A DNA stretch of 33,150 bases. Source: Nemertoderma westbladi. Lineage: Eukaryota > Animalia > Xenacoelomorpha. The notes beneath the pieces were generated by a model. That model did not search any database. It was not told where the DNA came from and worked only from the letters and a program-made list of their open reading frames with translations. The translations under genes were made by a program, and so were the position numbers. Of this stretch, positions 23,101-33,150 are shown piece by piece. Each line of letters starts with the position of its first letter. Within the stretch, counting starts at the first letter, position 1. Where the stretch lies: assembly GCA_032718475.1 (NCBI GenBank), contig JAUCBJ010002529.1, forward strand, positions 1 to 33,150. Reading direction: 5' to 3'.

Positions 23101-25883
23101 GACATCCGTTAAAAATAGGAGATTATAGTTTAAATGTAAAGGGACATCCGTTAAAAATTGAAGATTATCTAGGTTAAATGTAAAGGGACATCCGTTAAAA
23201 ATAGGAGATTATAGGTTAAATGTAAAGGGACATCCGTTAAAAATAGGAGATCATAGGTTAAATGTAAAGGGAGATCCGGTTAAAAATAGGAGATTTTAGG
23301 TTAAATGTAAAGGGACATCCGGTTAAAAATAGGAGATTTTAGGTTAAATGTAAAGGGACATCCGTTAAAAATAGGAGATTATAGGTTAAATATAAAGGGA
23401 CATCCGTTAAAAATTGGAGATTATATTAAATTAAAGGGACATCCGTTAAAAATATGAGACTATTAGGTTAAATGTAAAGGGACATCCGTTAAAAATAGGA
23501 GATTATAGGTTAAATGTAAAGGGACATCCGTTAAAAATAGGAGATTATAGGTTAAATGTAAAGGGACATCCGGTTAAAAATAGGAGATTTTAGGTTAAAT
23601 GTAAAGGGACATCCGTTAAAAATAGGAGATTATAGGTTAAATATAAAGGGACATCCGTTAAAAATTGGAGATTATATTAAATTAAAGGGACATCCGTTAA
23701 AAATATGAGACTATTAGGTTAAATGTAAAGGGACATCCGGTTAAAAATAGGAGATTATAGGTTAAATTTAAAGGGACATCCATTAAAAATAGGAGATTAT
23801 AGGTTAAATTTAAAGGGACATCCATTAAAAATAGGAGATTATAGGTTAAATTTAAAGGGATATCCATTAAAAATAGGAGATTATAGGTTAAATTTAAAGG
23901 GACATCCATTAAAAATAGGAGATTATAGGTTAAATTTAAAGGGACATCCATTAAAAATAGTAGATTATAGGTTAAATTTAAAGGGACATCCATTAAAAAT
24001 AGTAGATTATAGGTTAAATGTAAAGGGACATCCGTTAAAAATTGGAGATTATATTAAATTAAAGGGACATCCGTTAAAAATATGAGACTATTAGGTTAAA
24101 TGTAAAGGGACATCCGGTTAAAAATAGGAGATTATAGGTTAAATTTAAAGGGACATCCATTAAAAATAGGAGATTATAGGTTAAATTTAAAGGGACATCC
24201 ATTAAAAATAGGAGATTATAGGTTAAATTTAAAGGGTCATCCATTAAAAATAGGAGATTATAGGTTAAATTTAAAGGGACATCCATTAAAAATAGGAGAT
24301 TATAGGTTAAATTTAAAGGGACATCCATTAAAAATAGGAGATTATAGGTTAAATGTAAAGGGACATCCGTTAAAAATAGGAGATTATAGGTTAAATGTAA
24401 AGGGACATCCGTTAAAAATAGGAGATTATAGGTTAAATGAAAAAGGGACATCCGTTAAAAATAGGAGATTATAGGTTAAATGTAAAGGGACATCCGTTAA
24501 AAATAGGAGATTATAGGTTAAATGTAAAGGGACATCCGTTACAAAAATAGGAGATTATAGGTTAAATGTAAAGGGACATCCGTTAAAAATAGGAGATTAT
24601 AGGTTAAATGTAAAGGGACATCCGTTAAAAATAGGAGATTATAGGTTAAATGTAAAGGGACATCCGTTAAAAATAGGAGATTATAGGTTAAATGTAAAGG
24701 GACATCCGTTAAAAATAGGAGATTATAGGTTAAATGTAAAGGGACATCCGTTAAAAATAGGAGATTATAGGTTAAATGTAAAGGGACATCCGTTAAAAAT
24801 TGGAGATTATAGGTTAAATGTAAAGGGACATCCGTTAAAAATAGGAGATTATAGGTTAAATGTAAAGGGACATCCGTTACAAAAATAGGAGATTATAGGT
24901 TAAATGTAAAGGGACCTCGGTTAAAAATAGGAGATCATAGGTTAAATGTAAAGGGACATCCGTTAAAAATAGGAGATTATAGGTTAAATGTAAAGGGACA
25001 TCCGTTAAAAATAGGAGATTATAGGTTAAATGTAAAGGGACATACATCCATTAAAAATAGGAGATTATATGTTACATGTAAAGGGACATCGGTTAAAAAT
25101 AGGAGATTATAGGTTAAATGTAAAGGGACATCCGTTAAAAATAGGAGATTATAGGTTAAATGTAAAGGGACATCCGTTAAAAATAGGAGATTATAGGTTA
25201 AATATAAAGGGACATCCGTTAAAAATAGGAGATTATAGGTTAAATGTAAAGGGACATCCGTTAAAAATTGGAGATTATAGGTTAAATGTAAAGGGACATC
25301 CGTTAAAAATAGGAGATTATAGGTTAAATGTAAAGGGACATCCGTTACAAAAATAGGAGATTATAGGTTAAATGTAAAGGGACATCCGTTAATAATAGGA
25401 TATTATAGGTTAAATGTAAAGGGACATCCGTTAAAAATTGAAGATTATAGGTTAAATGTAAAGGGACATCCGTTAAAAATAGGATATTATAGGTTAAATG
25501 TAAAGGGACATCCGTTAAAAATAGGAGATTATAGGTTAAATGTAAAGGGACATCCGTTAAAAATAGGAGATTATAGGTTAAATGTAAAGGGACATCCGTT
25601 AAAAATAGGAGATTATAGGTTAAATGTAAAGGGACATCCGTTAAAAATAGGATATTATAGGTTAAATGTAAAGGGACATCCGTTAAAAATAGGATATTAT
25701 AGGTTAAATGTAAAGGGACATCCGTTAAAAATTGAAGATTATCTAGGTTAAATGTAAAGGGACATCCGTTAAAAATAGGAGATTATAGGTTAAATGTAAA
25801 GGGACATCCGTTAAAAATAGGAGATCATAGGTTAAATGTAAAGGGAGATCCGTTAAAAATAGGAGATTATAGGTTAAATGTAA
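20119..25883. repeat. 42-bp tandem array (about 137 copies) filling the intron
   Basis: Unit AGGTTAAATGTAAAGGGACATCCGTTAAAAATAGGAGATTAT. One further diverged partial unit at 26914-26950 runs into the splice donor. Confidence 0.98.
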
Positions 25884-26913
25884 GGTAATGGTGAAAAATA
25901 TTGAGACTTGAAAAATATCGAGACTTGAAAAATATCGAGAGTAAAAATAACGAGAGTAAAAATATCGAGAGTTGAAAATTAACGTGATTAAAAAATATCG
26001 AGAGTAAAAATATCGAGAGTAAAAATATCGAGTGTTGAAAAATATCGAGTGTTGAAAAATATCGAGTGTTGAAAAATATCGAGAGTAAAAATATCGAGTG
26101 TTGAAAAATATCGAGTGTTGAAAAATATCGAGAGTAAAAATATTGCATTTTGCTTGATCATTTTATTTAGAATTATGGAACAATATTGCAGTGCATTGGT
26201 TTCAACAGTGCAAGTGATGTATTACACCTTGGGTACCCATTTACCAGATTTATTATACTAGCTAGTTTTTGCTATTTTTTTAATAAATATTATAAAAGAA
26301 GTGCTAGCTATAAATTTTGATAAATATTATAAATATTGTTAAATCTTATACTGTATTAGAACACGTACTGTATAAGCTACCAAATGTTGATAAATATTGT
26401 TGTTCTAGAACATTTATAGTAAAAAAAAATTATCATACAACCCTTATTTAAAAAAATTGTTACTATCGATATTTTTACTCTCAATATTTTTCAACACTCG
26501 ATATTTTTACTCTCGATATTTTTCAACACTCGATATTTTTACTCTCGATATTTTTCAACACTCGATATTTTTACTCTCGATATTTTTCAACACTCTATAT
26601 TTTTCAACACTCGATATTTTTACTCTCGATATTTTTCAACACTCGATATTTTTACTCTCGATATTTTTACTCTCGATATTTTTCAACACTCGATATTTTT
26701 ACTCTCAATATTTTTCAACACTCGATATTTTTCAACACTCGATATTTTTCAACACTCGATATTTTTACTCTCGATATTTTTACCCTCGATATTTTTACTC
26801 TCGATATTTTTTGAACTCTCGATATTATCGTTATTTTTCAACATTTTCGTTATTTTTACTCGCGTTATTTTTACTCTCGATATTTTTCATGTCTCGATAT
26901 TTTTCAATATAAC
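25884..26913. mobile_element. Foldback/Mutator-like non-autonomous element (1.03 kb) with modular long TIRs
   Basis: 9-bp TSD TAAATGTAA (25875-25883, 26914-26922). The arms are built from 15-17-bp AAAAATATCGAGAGT / GAAAAATATCGAGTGTT units in opposite orientation; G...C termini. Confidence 0.88.
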
Positions 26914-26956
26914 TAAATGTAAAGTGACATCGGTTAAAAATACGAAATAAACTTAC

Positions 26957-27116
26957 CCAACAAACAAATCCGCGTGAGCAAAGAAATCAGCGTACATTTC
27001 TAATAAAGAGCGGCGTTCTAGAATAAAGGTTGGCAAGACGACCCTAGTGAGATCCATGCCGAGTCTCACCTGGGACAGCAGGTGTGTAATCAGATTTCTA
27101 TGTTTTTCAACATTGG
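26957..27116 (-). CDS. OSBPL9: OSBPL9/ORP9 internal coding exon (start of ORD)
   Basis: tctttgcag|CC AAT...GTT GG|gtaagt, 160 nt, phase 1 to 2. Translates [52 protein letters not shown](G), near-identical to the ORP9 motif. Confidence 0.97.
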
Positions 27117-27612
27117 CTGCAAAGAATACAATATACGAATAATAATAATAAATAAACGTAAACGATAATGTTAAAAAATTAAATTGTTTATCTTTATAAA
27201 GAAAGGTATCATATACGCAGATTAACTAAAATTAAATAAATAAATTACCGGTATAATATATAATTTTTCTATAATAGATCATTTCATTAATAAATTTATA
27301 AGACACATGCAGTTCACACCAATCGTTTCGTATGTTACAATTTTGTAAAAAAACTACATTTCGTTAAAAAAAACTTCACCGTGTTTCAATCGTCGTATAT
27401 GGATAGTTGATATCCGCTAACTTACTTAGGATCGTCTGTGTAACACACAGACAGTGAGAATTTATACAGACGTGAGTAATCTGTGCACCTGAGCTGCCAC
27501 AACCTGTTGCGAACGCAGTCAGGCGGCGCAAAGCCGCCGCACCAAGATATATACGTCGATTATAACTTTTAAGTATATTAGATAATTAAATTAGCCATAA
27601 AGTCGCTCATAC

Positions 27613-27824
27613 CGTCTGTTTCCATGTCGTTGGCGAACAACTCCTCGTCCGTGTACTCCCTGTACTGGTTCGCTTGAACAGCTGTTTCGCCTTGCGACCA
27701 CATCGACGTGGTTTCCTCCAGTTTAAGCTCATCGTTAATGTCAACCATCCCAACTCCGACGAGTTCCGCAGTCGATGAACCATCCTGCGTCGCGGCAGCA
27801 GCTGGCACCGACGTGTTCCCGTTG
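27613..27824 (-). CDS. OSBPL9: Probable OSBPL9 linker exon (acidic, upstream of ORD)
   Basis: actttttag|C AAC GGG...GAC G|gtatga, 212 nt, open frame NGNTSVPAAAATQDGSS...YTDEELFANDMETD. The phase 1 end joins the next exon in frame. Sequence is poorly conserved, so assignment rests on splice sites, phase and composition. Confidence 0.75.
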
Positions 27825-28254
27825 CTAAAAAGTCATTATTAAATTCCCCATAGAAGAGTTTTTTACTACTATATTGTAGCTATATAGTGAATATGTGATG
27901 GGAACAAGTTCGGTTTGAAAACACACACAAGCCACCCCCACCACATATAGTTAGGGACATTATGTAATACCTATACATTTCGTAGCAATTCAAACATTGA
28001 CAAAATATTCCAGAACATGGTGTATTTATTAAATAAAATAAATGGCCAGCAGCGGGAAAAAAATCAGGCAATTCCTAAATCTCAACTATTGCCCAATACT
28101 AACACATGACAAACGCCGAGCTCTATGGAACAATACCACCTGTAGCAACCACCCTCCGTGAGGAAGAGGAGGGCTGGAATTGAAACTATCCGTTTCAAAT
28201 AGTTTTTATAAACAACAATAACAATTGTATTTAATTAATTCTATTTAATTATAT

Positions 28255-28981
28255 GGCTAGAGTTCCGCCCGTGCCAACATTTTCAGTTTGCTCTAAAAAT
28301 AATGTGTATAGTTTACTAGCTACTACTTTTAATGTTAGTGTGAAGTATTCTAGGATATTTCGAATTATTTTTTTGTTAAATAGGCCTAATGTTATAGAAC
28401 ATATTATTTTTTGTTCTAGAACATTTTTAAAAATTATATTTTTTTGTTTTTTTAACACTTTTTTTGTATAATTAACATATATATCTAGTAATTTTTTGTA
28501 CTCAAGTAATAATTTATAATTATAGCTAGTAAAATTAGATGTCGATGATTGACTATTGATGTCATTCTGTATTCCAATTATTTTTTAAATTAAACAATCA
28601 TTATAATAATTTTTTTTAAAAGAACAAATATTCTAGAATTTTTTTATCGAATTAGTTAATAAAAATGTTCTAGAAAATTTGGTACAAGTTCTAGAACATT
28701 TAATAAATGTTCTAGAACTATTATCAATAAAAAACAGGCAAAACAGGCAAAATAGCACAAAAAATAATAAAATTTAACAATTTTATTAACAATTTTCTTC
28801 TTAAAAGAAAATTATTTTCTCGAAAATTCATAATTAAAATGTTGTAGAACTTTTTATCAAAGTTCTAAAACACTCAATATACGTTCAAGAACATTTATCA
28901 AAAAAAAAAAAACTGACAAAAAAGCATGAAAATTTGTTTTAAAAAAGCAACGAAAATGTTGGCATGGGCGGAACTGTTCCC
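28255..28981. mobile_element. Mutator-like MITE (727 bp)
   Basis: TIR GGCTAGAGTTCCGCCCGTGCCAACATTTTC versus GGGAACAGTTCCGCCCATGCCAACATTTTC; 8-bp TSD AATTATAT (28247-28254, 28982-28989); many internal TTCTAGAA motifs. Confidence 0.88.
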
Positions 28982-29326
28982 AATTATATTATCTTGATAA
29001 AGTCAACATTTTATATAATGGAGCCAACACGATTAAATTCAAAAAAAATTCCTAGAACAGCAGAAAAAAATAATTCAAACAAAGAAATTATCAATAGATG
29101 TGACACAGGCTGAATTGTATCGTCTCAACCAATAGCAATTAATTTATTGGCGTAATAAAATACTAATTATTGACAAGCTTTGGGAACGTTGCGGTACTTA
29201 CGAATGTATGACGTCTTCTAATCTTTTACTCCTGACAAATATTCTCAAGAAAAAACGTCTAATCATATTATTCGCATTCCATTGAAAAAATGAAGTTTGG
29301 GAATGTGGGGAAAGTACCAGTTAAAT

Positions 29327-29440
29327 AACTGGGAGCAAATCTTGGGATAGGAGTAGCGCCCACCCCTACCCTCGGATAGCAGCTATCGAAAGAGGAGCCT
29401 TCGGGTCGCCTCCGGCTTCGGCCGACTGTTTGCTTGCTTT
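29327..29440 (+). mobile_element. GC-rich structured segment, probably the 3' part of a SINE
   Basis: Four adjacent stem-loops, two closed by C(TTCG)G, followed by a short TGCT repeat tail. Resemblance to invertebrate SINE tails is from memory only. Confidence 0.45.
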
Positions 29441-29529
29441 TTACAGCTAGTATTTTTTAATGTCCCCAATTAAAGCTACTTTTTTATGAGTTATGGCGCA
29501 AAATGACCGAAAAAACATTAAAAGAAAGT

Positions 29530-29700
29530 AGATATCTGTCTGCCAATCTGTCGGCTAGAGTTCCCCTGTCTATCAAAATTTAAGACAGATAGACAGATAA
29601 CTGACAGACGGACAGGCTAGATTCCACCAAATTTTTAAAGTGACTTCGGAAATGAAATCAGCGACCCCGAAAACCCCCTAAACATAATTTCAGCTCGGTG
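29530..29700 (+). mobile_element. Fragment of a GACA-microsatellite-bearing Helitron/Helentron-like repeat
   Basis: GACAGA runs followed by GGAAATGAAATCAGCGACCCCGAAAACCCCC, similar to the core of the 131-bp unit at 17470-18085. Confidence 0.4.
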
Positions 29701-29841
29701 GTGTGCTTCCTACAGGAATAGTTATGAGTCGATACAACAATGGTCCTCGATAAAATAGTAGATTAAAAAAAGATTATTTTCTAGAAATAGATTAAAAAAT
29801 ATTATTTAAAATGAATTTTTTTTACAAGCTAATGAAGAAAA

Positions 29842-30159
29842 GGTACTATTTCGTTATATCGACACCCCTGACCAATTTTTTTTACCTGTGTTTTTGGTGT
29901 TTTTTAATGATTTTTTTTTATATTGGTGAATGTTATAGAACATTAGTAGTTCATCTAGTAGAACATTAGTTTTTTATGGTAGCTAAGCTAACGCTAAACC
30001 TAACTTATTTTTTATTTCCAAAAAACTCTAGCTACCACAAAAAAAAGATATCTACTAATGTTCTAGAACATTCATTAGTATCAAAAAAACACTAAAAACA
30101 CACAAAAATTGACAAGTAAAAAAAAATAGCTGGGGGTGTTGACATGACGAAGTAGTACC
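29842..30159. mobile_element. Mutator-like MITE (318 bp)
   Basis: TIR GGTACTATTTCGTTATATCGACACCCC versus GGTACTACTTCGTCATGTCAACACCCC; 8-bp TSD GAAGAAAA (29834-29841, 30160-30167). The arms pair imperfectly across most of the element. Confidence 0.9.
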
Positions 30160-32374
30160 GAAGAAAACTAGCTAACACAAAATCATCTTACTGCCAGAAG
30201 GTCAATATTTTCTCCAATAATAGTCATTTTCACATTTTAAAAGAGGGTACATACATGGGTCATAATATGGTAATGCCCGCTTTCCAATGTTTTAGAAAGT
30301 CGACCTCGACACTCACAAACATATACAAATAACTAATAAAGTAATGCACAACTCAGTTAGAGACCTGACTCAGATGACAATTAATATTATACATTAAACT
30401 AACTGTAAACTAACTGATCTAATGTTAAATTTATTTGGTTTAAGTGAGTGTTTTGTCATCTCAGAAAGGCATCTAACTCCCAAAACACGATGACGTATTG
30501 TAGAACAAATGAAAAGCATTCCCAGTTTAATAGTTGTAGTTACGAATTATATGAATAGAATAAATAATAATCCTTCGCATTGATATATATTACAATTATA
30601 TTACAATCCGTCATGACAATGACACATTGTAAATTAATTAATTAGGTGATAACAATATCAAACACCACCCAATCGTGTAACTGAATCGAACTCAAGTATT
30701 GTAAAGATAATTAGCTAACATGTTACATTTTACTATTCTATTTCATAATAAAATATCTACAATTCTCGAATATTTTAATGGAGGTTTACTTGTCAACAGC
30801 ATGGGGTCTGATGTATATTTTAGAAACTGAGTTAATATTGAAGTCATTGATTTTTTATATTTTATGACATCCTTAAGTTACTTTTGGTCATTACCACGAG
30901 GCTTTTCATTAAAATACAAACAGTTCAATTTATTTTGTAACACTAAATTCGTTCTATCTTTTATTAAATAATTGAGCAACAAAAAGTGCTAATTTATGAA
31001 TAAAATTGCGTAATACATTGGAAAAAAAACGTAGAAACATTTTTTTTTCAAATCTTTTTCAATTTTCTCTACCCTTTACTAACCTCACTGCCGCTAGGTA
31101 AATAAAATGCCTCGAGAATAGTGAAAAAATGTCTTTTTTTCCCATTTAATAAATAATTATTAAGGTTAAATTTATTAATAATTACCAACGTAATTACTGA
31201 TCTACAATAAATAACGCAAAATCAACAGAATAAACTTCTAAATCATTAATTGGATGAACCTTTTAGGCATTTATGGAAGATTGCTTTGATAATAATTACT
31301 ATATTGTCCGCAAATGCGGACAATAAAGGGAAATTTAAAGAAACTATTAAATACTAAATAATTACTAATAAAAAATATAGGTGTACATTTAATATAATTA
31401 TAAACATTAAGATCCCCCCCACCACATTTTGGAAATATATCAAACAACCCCATTAATCACTTGTGCATACATTTTTACATTTGCGAAAAAATTTATATTT
31501 GTTTGTAAGTAATTTGGTCTATTAAATTTAGTCATTATTTTGCAAATAATTTGCAATATGACGTATTGATCACAGTCTACTATACATTACAATAACGGTA
31601 CGATTTAGCTAAACAATTGATGTATTGATATTGATCTGCTGACTGACTTTATGTTACAGTATTGTTATAGTCGTCACGGGAGTGCATTCCGGTTGCCTTC
31701 ATTAGTTTATTGCGTCTGTTGGAACATCTGTTGCCTGTCTTCCATTGTTCAGTATTGACAGACAATTAAGCTGATACTTTGTAGACAGTAATGACACGAA
31801 GTGGCTGTTCACGTCTCCAATCGAAATAATTATAAGCAAAATATAAGCAGATGTCCCATAATCTCCTTTACCCCAAAGCGGCAGACTAGGTAACTGCAGA
31901 CGATTTAAACAGAGGCATTACAAATCTGAGGTCTAGAATATATATGTGCCAGGTATCAATCAGGAAGTAATAATTATAAACAATAATACAAATAACTTAA
32001 GAATTTCATTTAAAAAATTTCTAAAAAAGTTTTCATTTCAGCCCACTAGCGGTAGACTGGAGAACTGCCGAGGAATTACCGTCCCAACAAACGTTCCTGG
32101 GAAATAAGCTTTCAAATATTATTAGACCGGCAGATAGACACGCGGTTGATATAGTGGTACAGGTATGCTAAAAGCTCGGTTAGTTTCATGGCTCGCCCCT
32201 CAGTAATACTATAAGTATGTTCGAAACAAGTCCGATTTGATCTGGAGTCAACAGTTCAAGAGATATTTGCCCGAACTTACATTAATATTGGAACTTTTTC
32301 TCTAGTATGCCCGTACAAAATTGGATTGGAAATGGTTAAAATCTTAAAAGTTATTTACGAATGAATTTTTCATT

Positions 32375-32457
32375 ACAGACAGACAGACGGACAGAAAGAC
32401 AGACGGAAAGACGGACGGACAGACAGACAGACAGACGGACAGACAGACAGACGGACA
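32375..32457. repeat. (GACA/GACG)n microsatellite, probably part of a Helentron/HINE-like non-autonomous element
   Basis: ACAGACAGACAGACGGACAG... about 20 tetranucleotide units. The element boundaries were not resolved. Confidence 0.8.
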
Positions 32458-33150
32458 TGAAAATTTGTCCTATTTACTGATTATAATTGTGCGCTAAGGC
32501 TCACCTTTATTGCCAGGCTCGCCCCACAGTTAGACAGTTAGTAATACATCACACAGTGGAGTGGGCCAGAAACCCTGTTTTGTGGCCAAAATTCATTATT
32601 TCGACAAAGAGTGCGAAAGTCGGTTCCCCATGGTATAACAAGATGCTGAAGCGTCAAAAAATTGTTTTAAATTCTCTAGTAGCACAGAAGTGCCACTTTT
32701 TAGCATCTGGCACATGGTACACGTGTTTAGAATGGCACAAAATATCAAAATCGCTAAAGCTTCATATAAATGTGCCATTTTTGGTTTATATAGGTTTTCA
32801 AAGGTGCTGATTCGATTACAAATGGTTTCGAATTCTCTAGTGGAGTGGCACAGTGCCACTTTTTAGCATGTGGCAATTGTTTAACGTGTAAGACTGTATT
32901 CCATATGTCGAAACTTCCTATAGAGGACATTTTAGAGAAAATGAGCAAAGAAAATATGGCGACAATGTTCAGTAAAACTGAACGGACACAGACAGTGATT
33001 CAGTTTGCTTCAGTCGACGATGGATCAAAGATTTATCACATCCATGCAGGAGATAACAACAATAAACTTTAATTAGATATAAATTTATCGGTACCTGGTA
33101 ATAATTTTCACTTATATTCGAAATAGTTGATGATTAAAATGTTCAAATTG

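Noticed and set aside
1-25883. Tandem arrays as CRISPR arrays
   Set aside because: Units are head-to-tail with no unique spacers, there are no cas genes, and the context is a spliced eukaryotic gene.
20316-26912. Periodic ORFs (DVPLHLTYNLLFLT, SIFLLSIFF etc.)
   Set aside because: Translations of the 42-bp array and the foldback subrepeats.
28105-28180. Possible small OSBPL9 exon (minus-strand ttccag|CCCTCCTCTTCC...)
   Set aside because: A plausible acceptor exists, but I could not find a convincing donor, phase and conserved peptide combination; RNA-seq is needed.
32570-33150. Possible left end of another CMC-like element and a 75-aa ORF
   Set aside because: TGCCACTT repeats resemble the CACTG element's subterminal motif, but no partner TIR or TSD lies in the window and the peptide has no recognisable domain.

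Overview
AT-rich eukaryotic, probably invertebrate, genomic DNA. The window lies inside one minus-strand gene, an oxysterol-binding protein-related protein 9 (OSBPL9/ORP9). Five phase-compatible GT-AG exons were read by hand (27613-27824, 26957-27116, 19942-20107, 16822-17084, 6355-6610), covering the linker and most of the lipid-binding ORD domain including EQVSHHPP. The 5' (PH/FFAT) and 3' exons were not found here. The introns are inflated in two ways. First, three private tandem arrays are seeded from the gene's own splice-junction or intron sequence: a 23-bp array of about 275 copies of the exon end plus GT donor, a 49-bp array of about 34 copies of another donor, and an AG-free 42-bp array filling a former mini-intron. 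Second, there is a stack of non-autonomous DNA transposons with visible TIRs and TSDs (Sola-like, CACTG/CMC-like, piggyBac, Mutator-like). One of these carries a frameshifted acidic-tail + PWWP chromatin-reader ORF. The long ORFs in the supplied track are artefacts of the repeats. Family names come from terminal motifs and recalled protein motifs, not from database searches.
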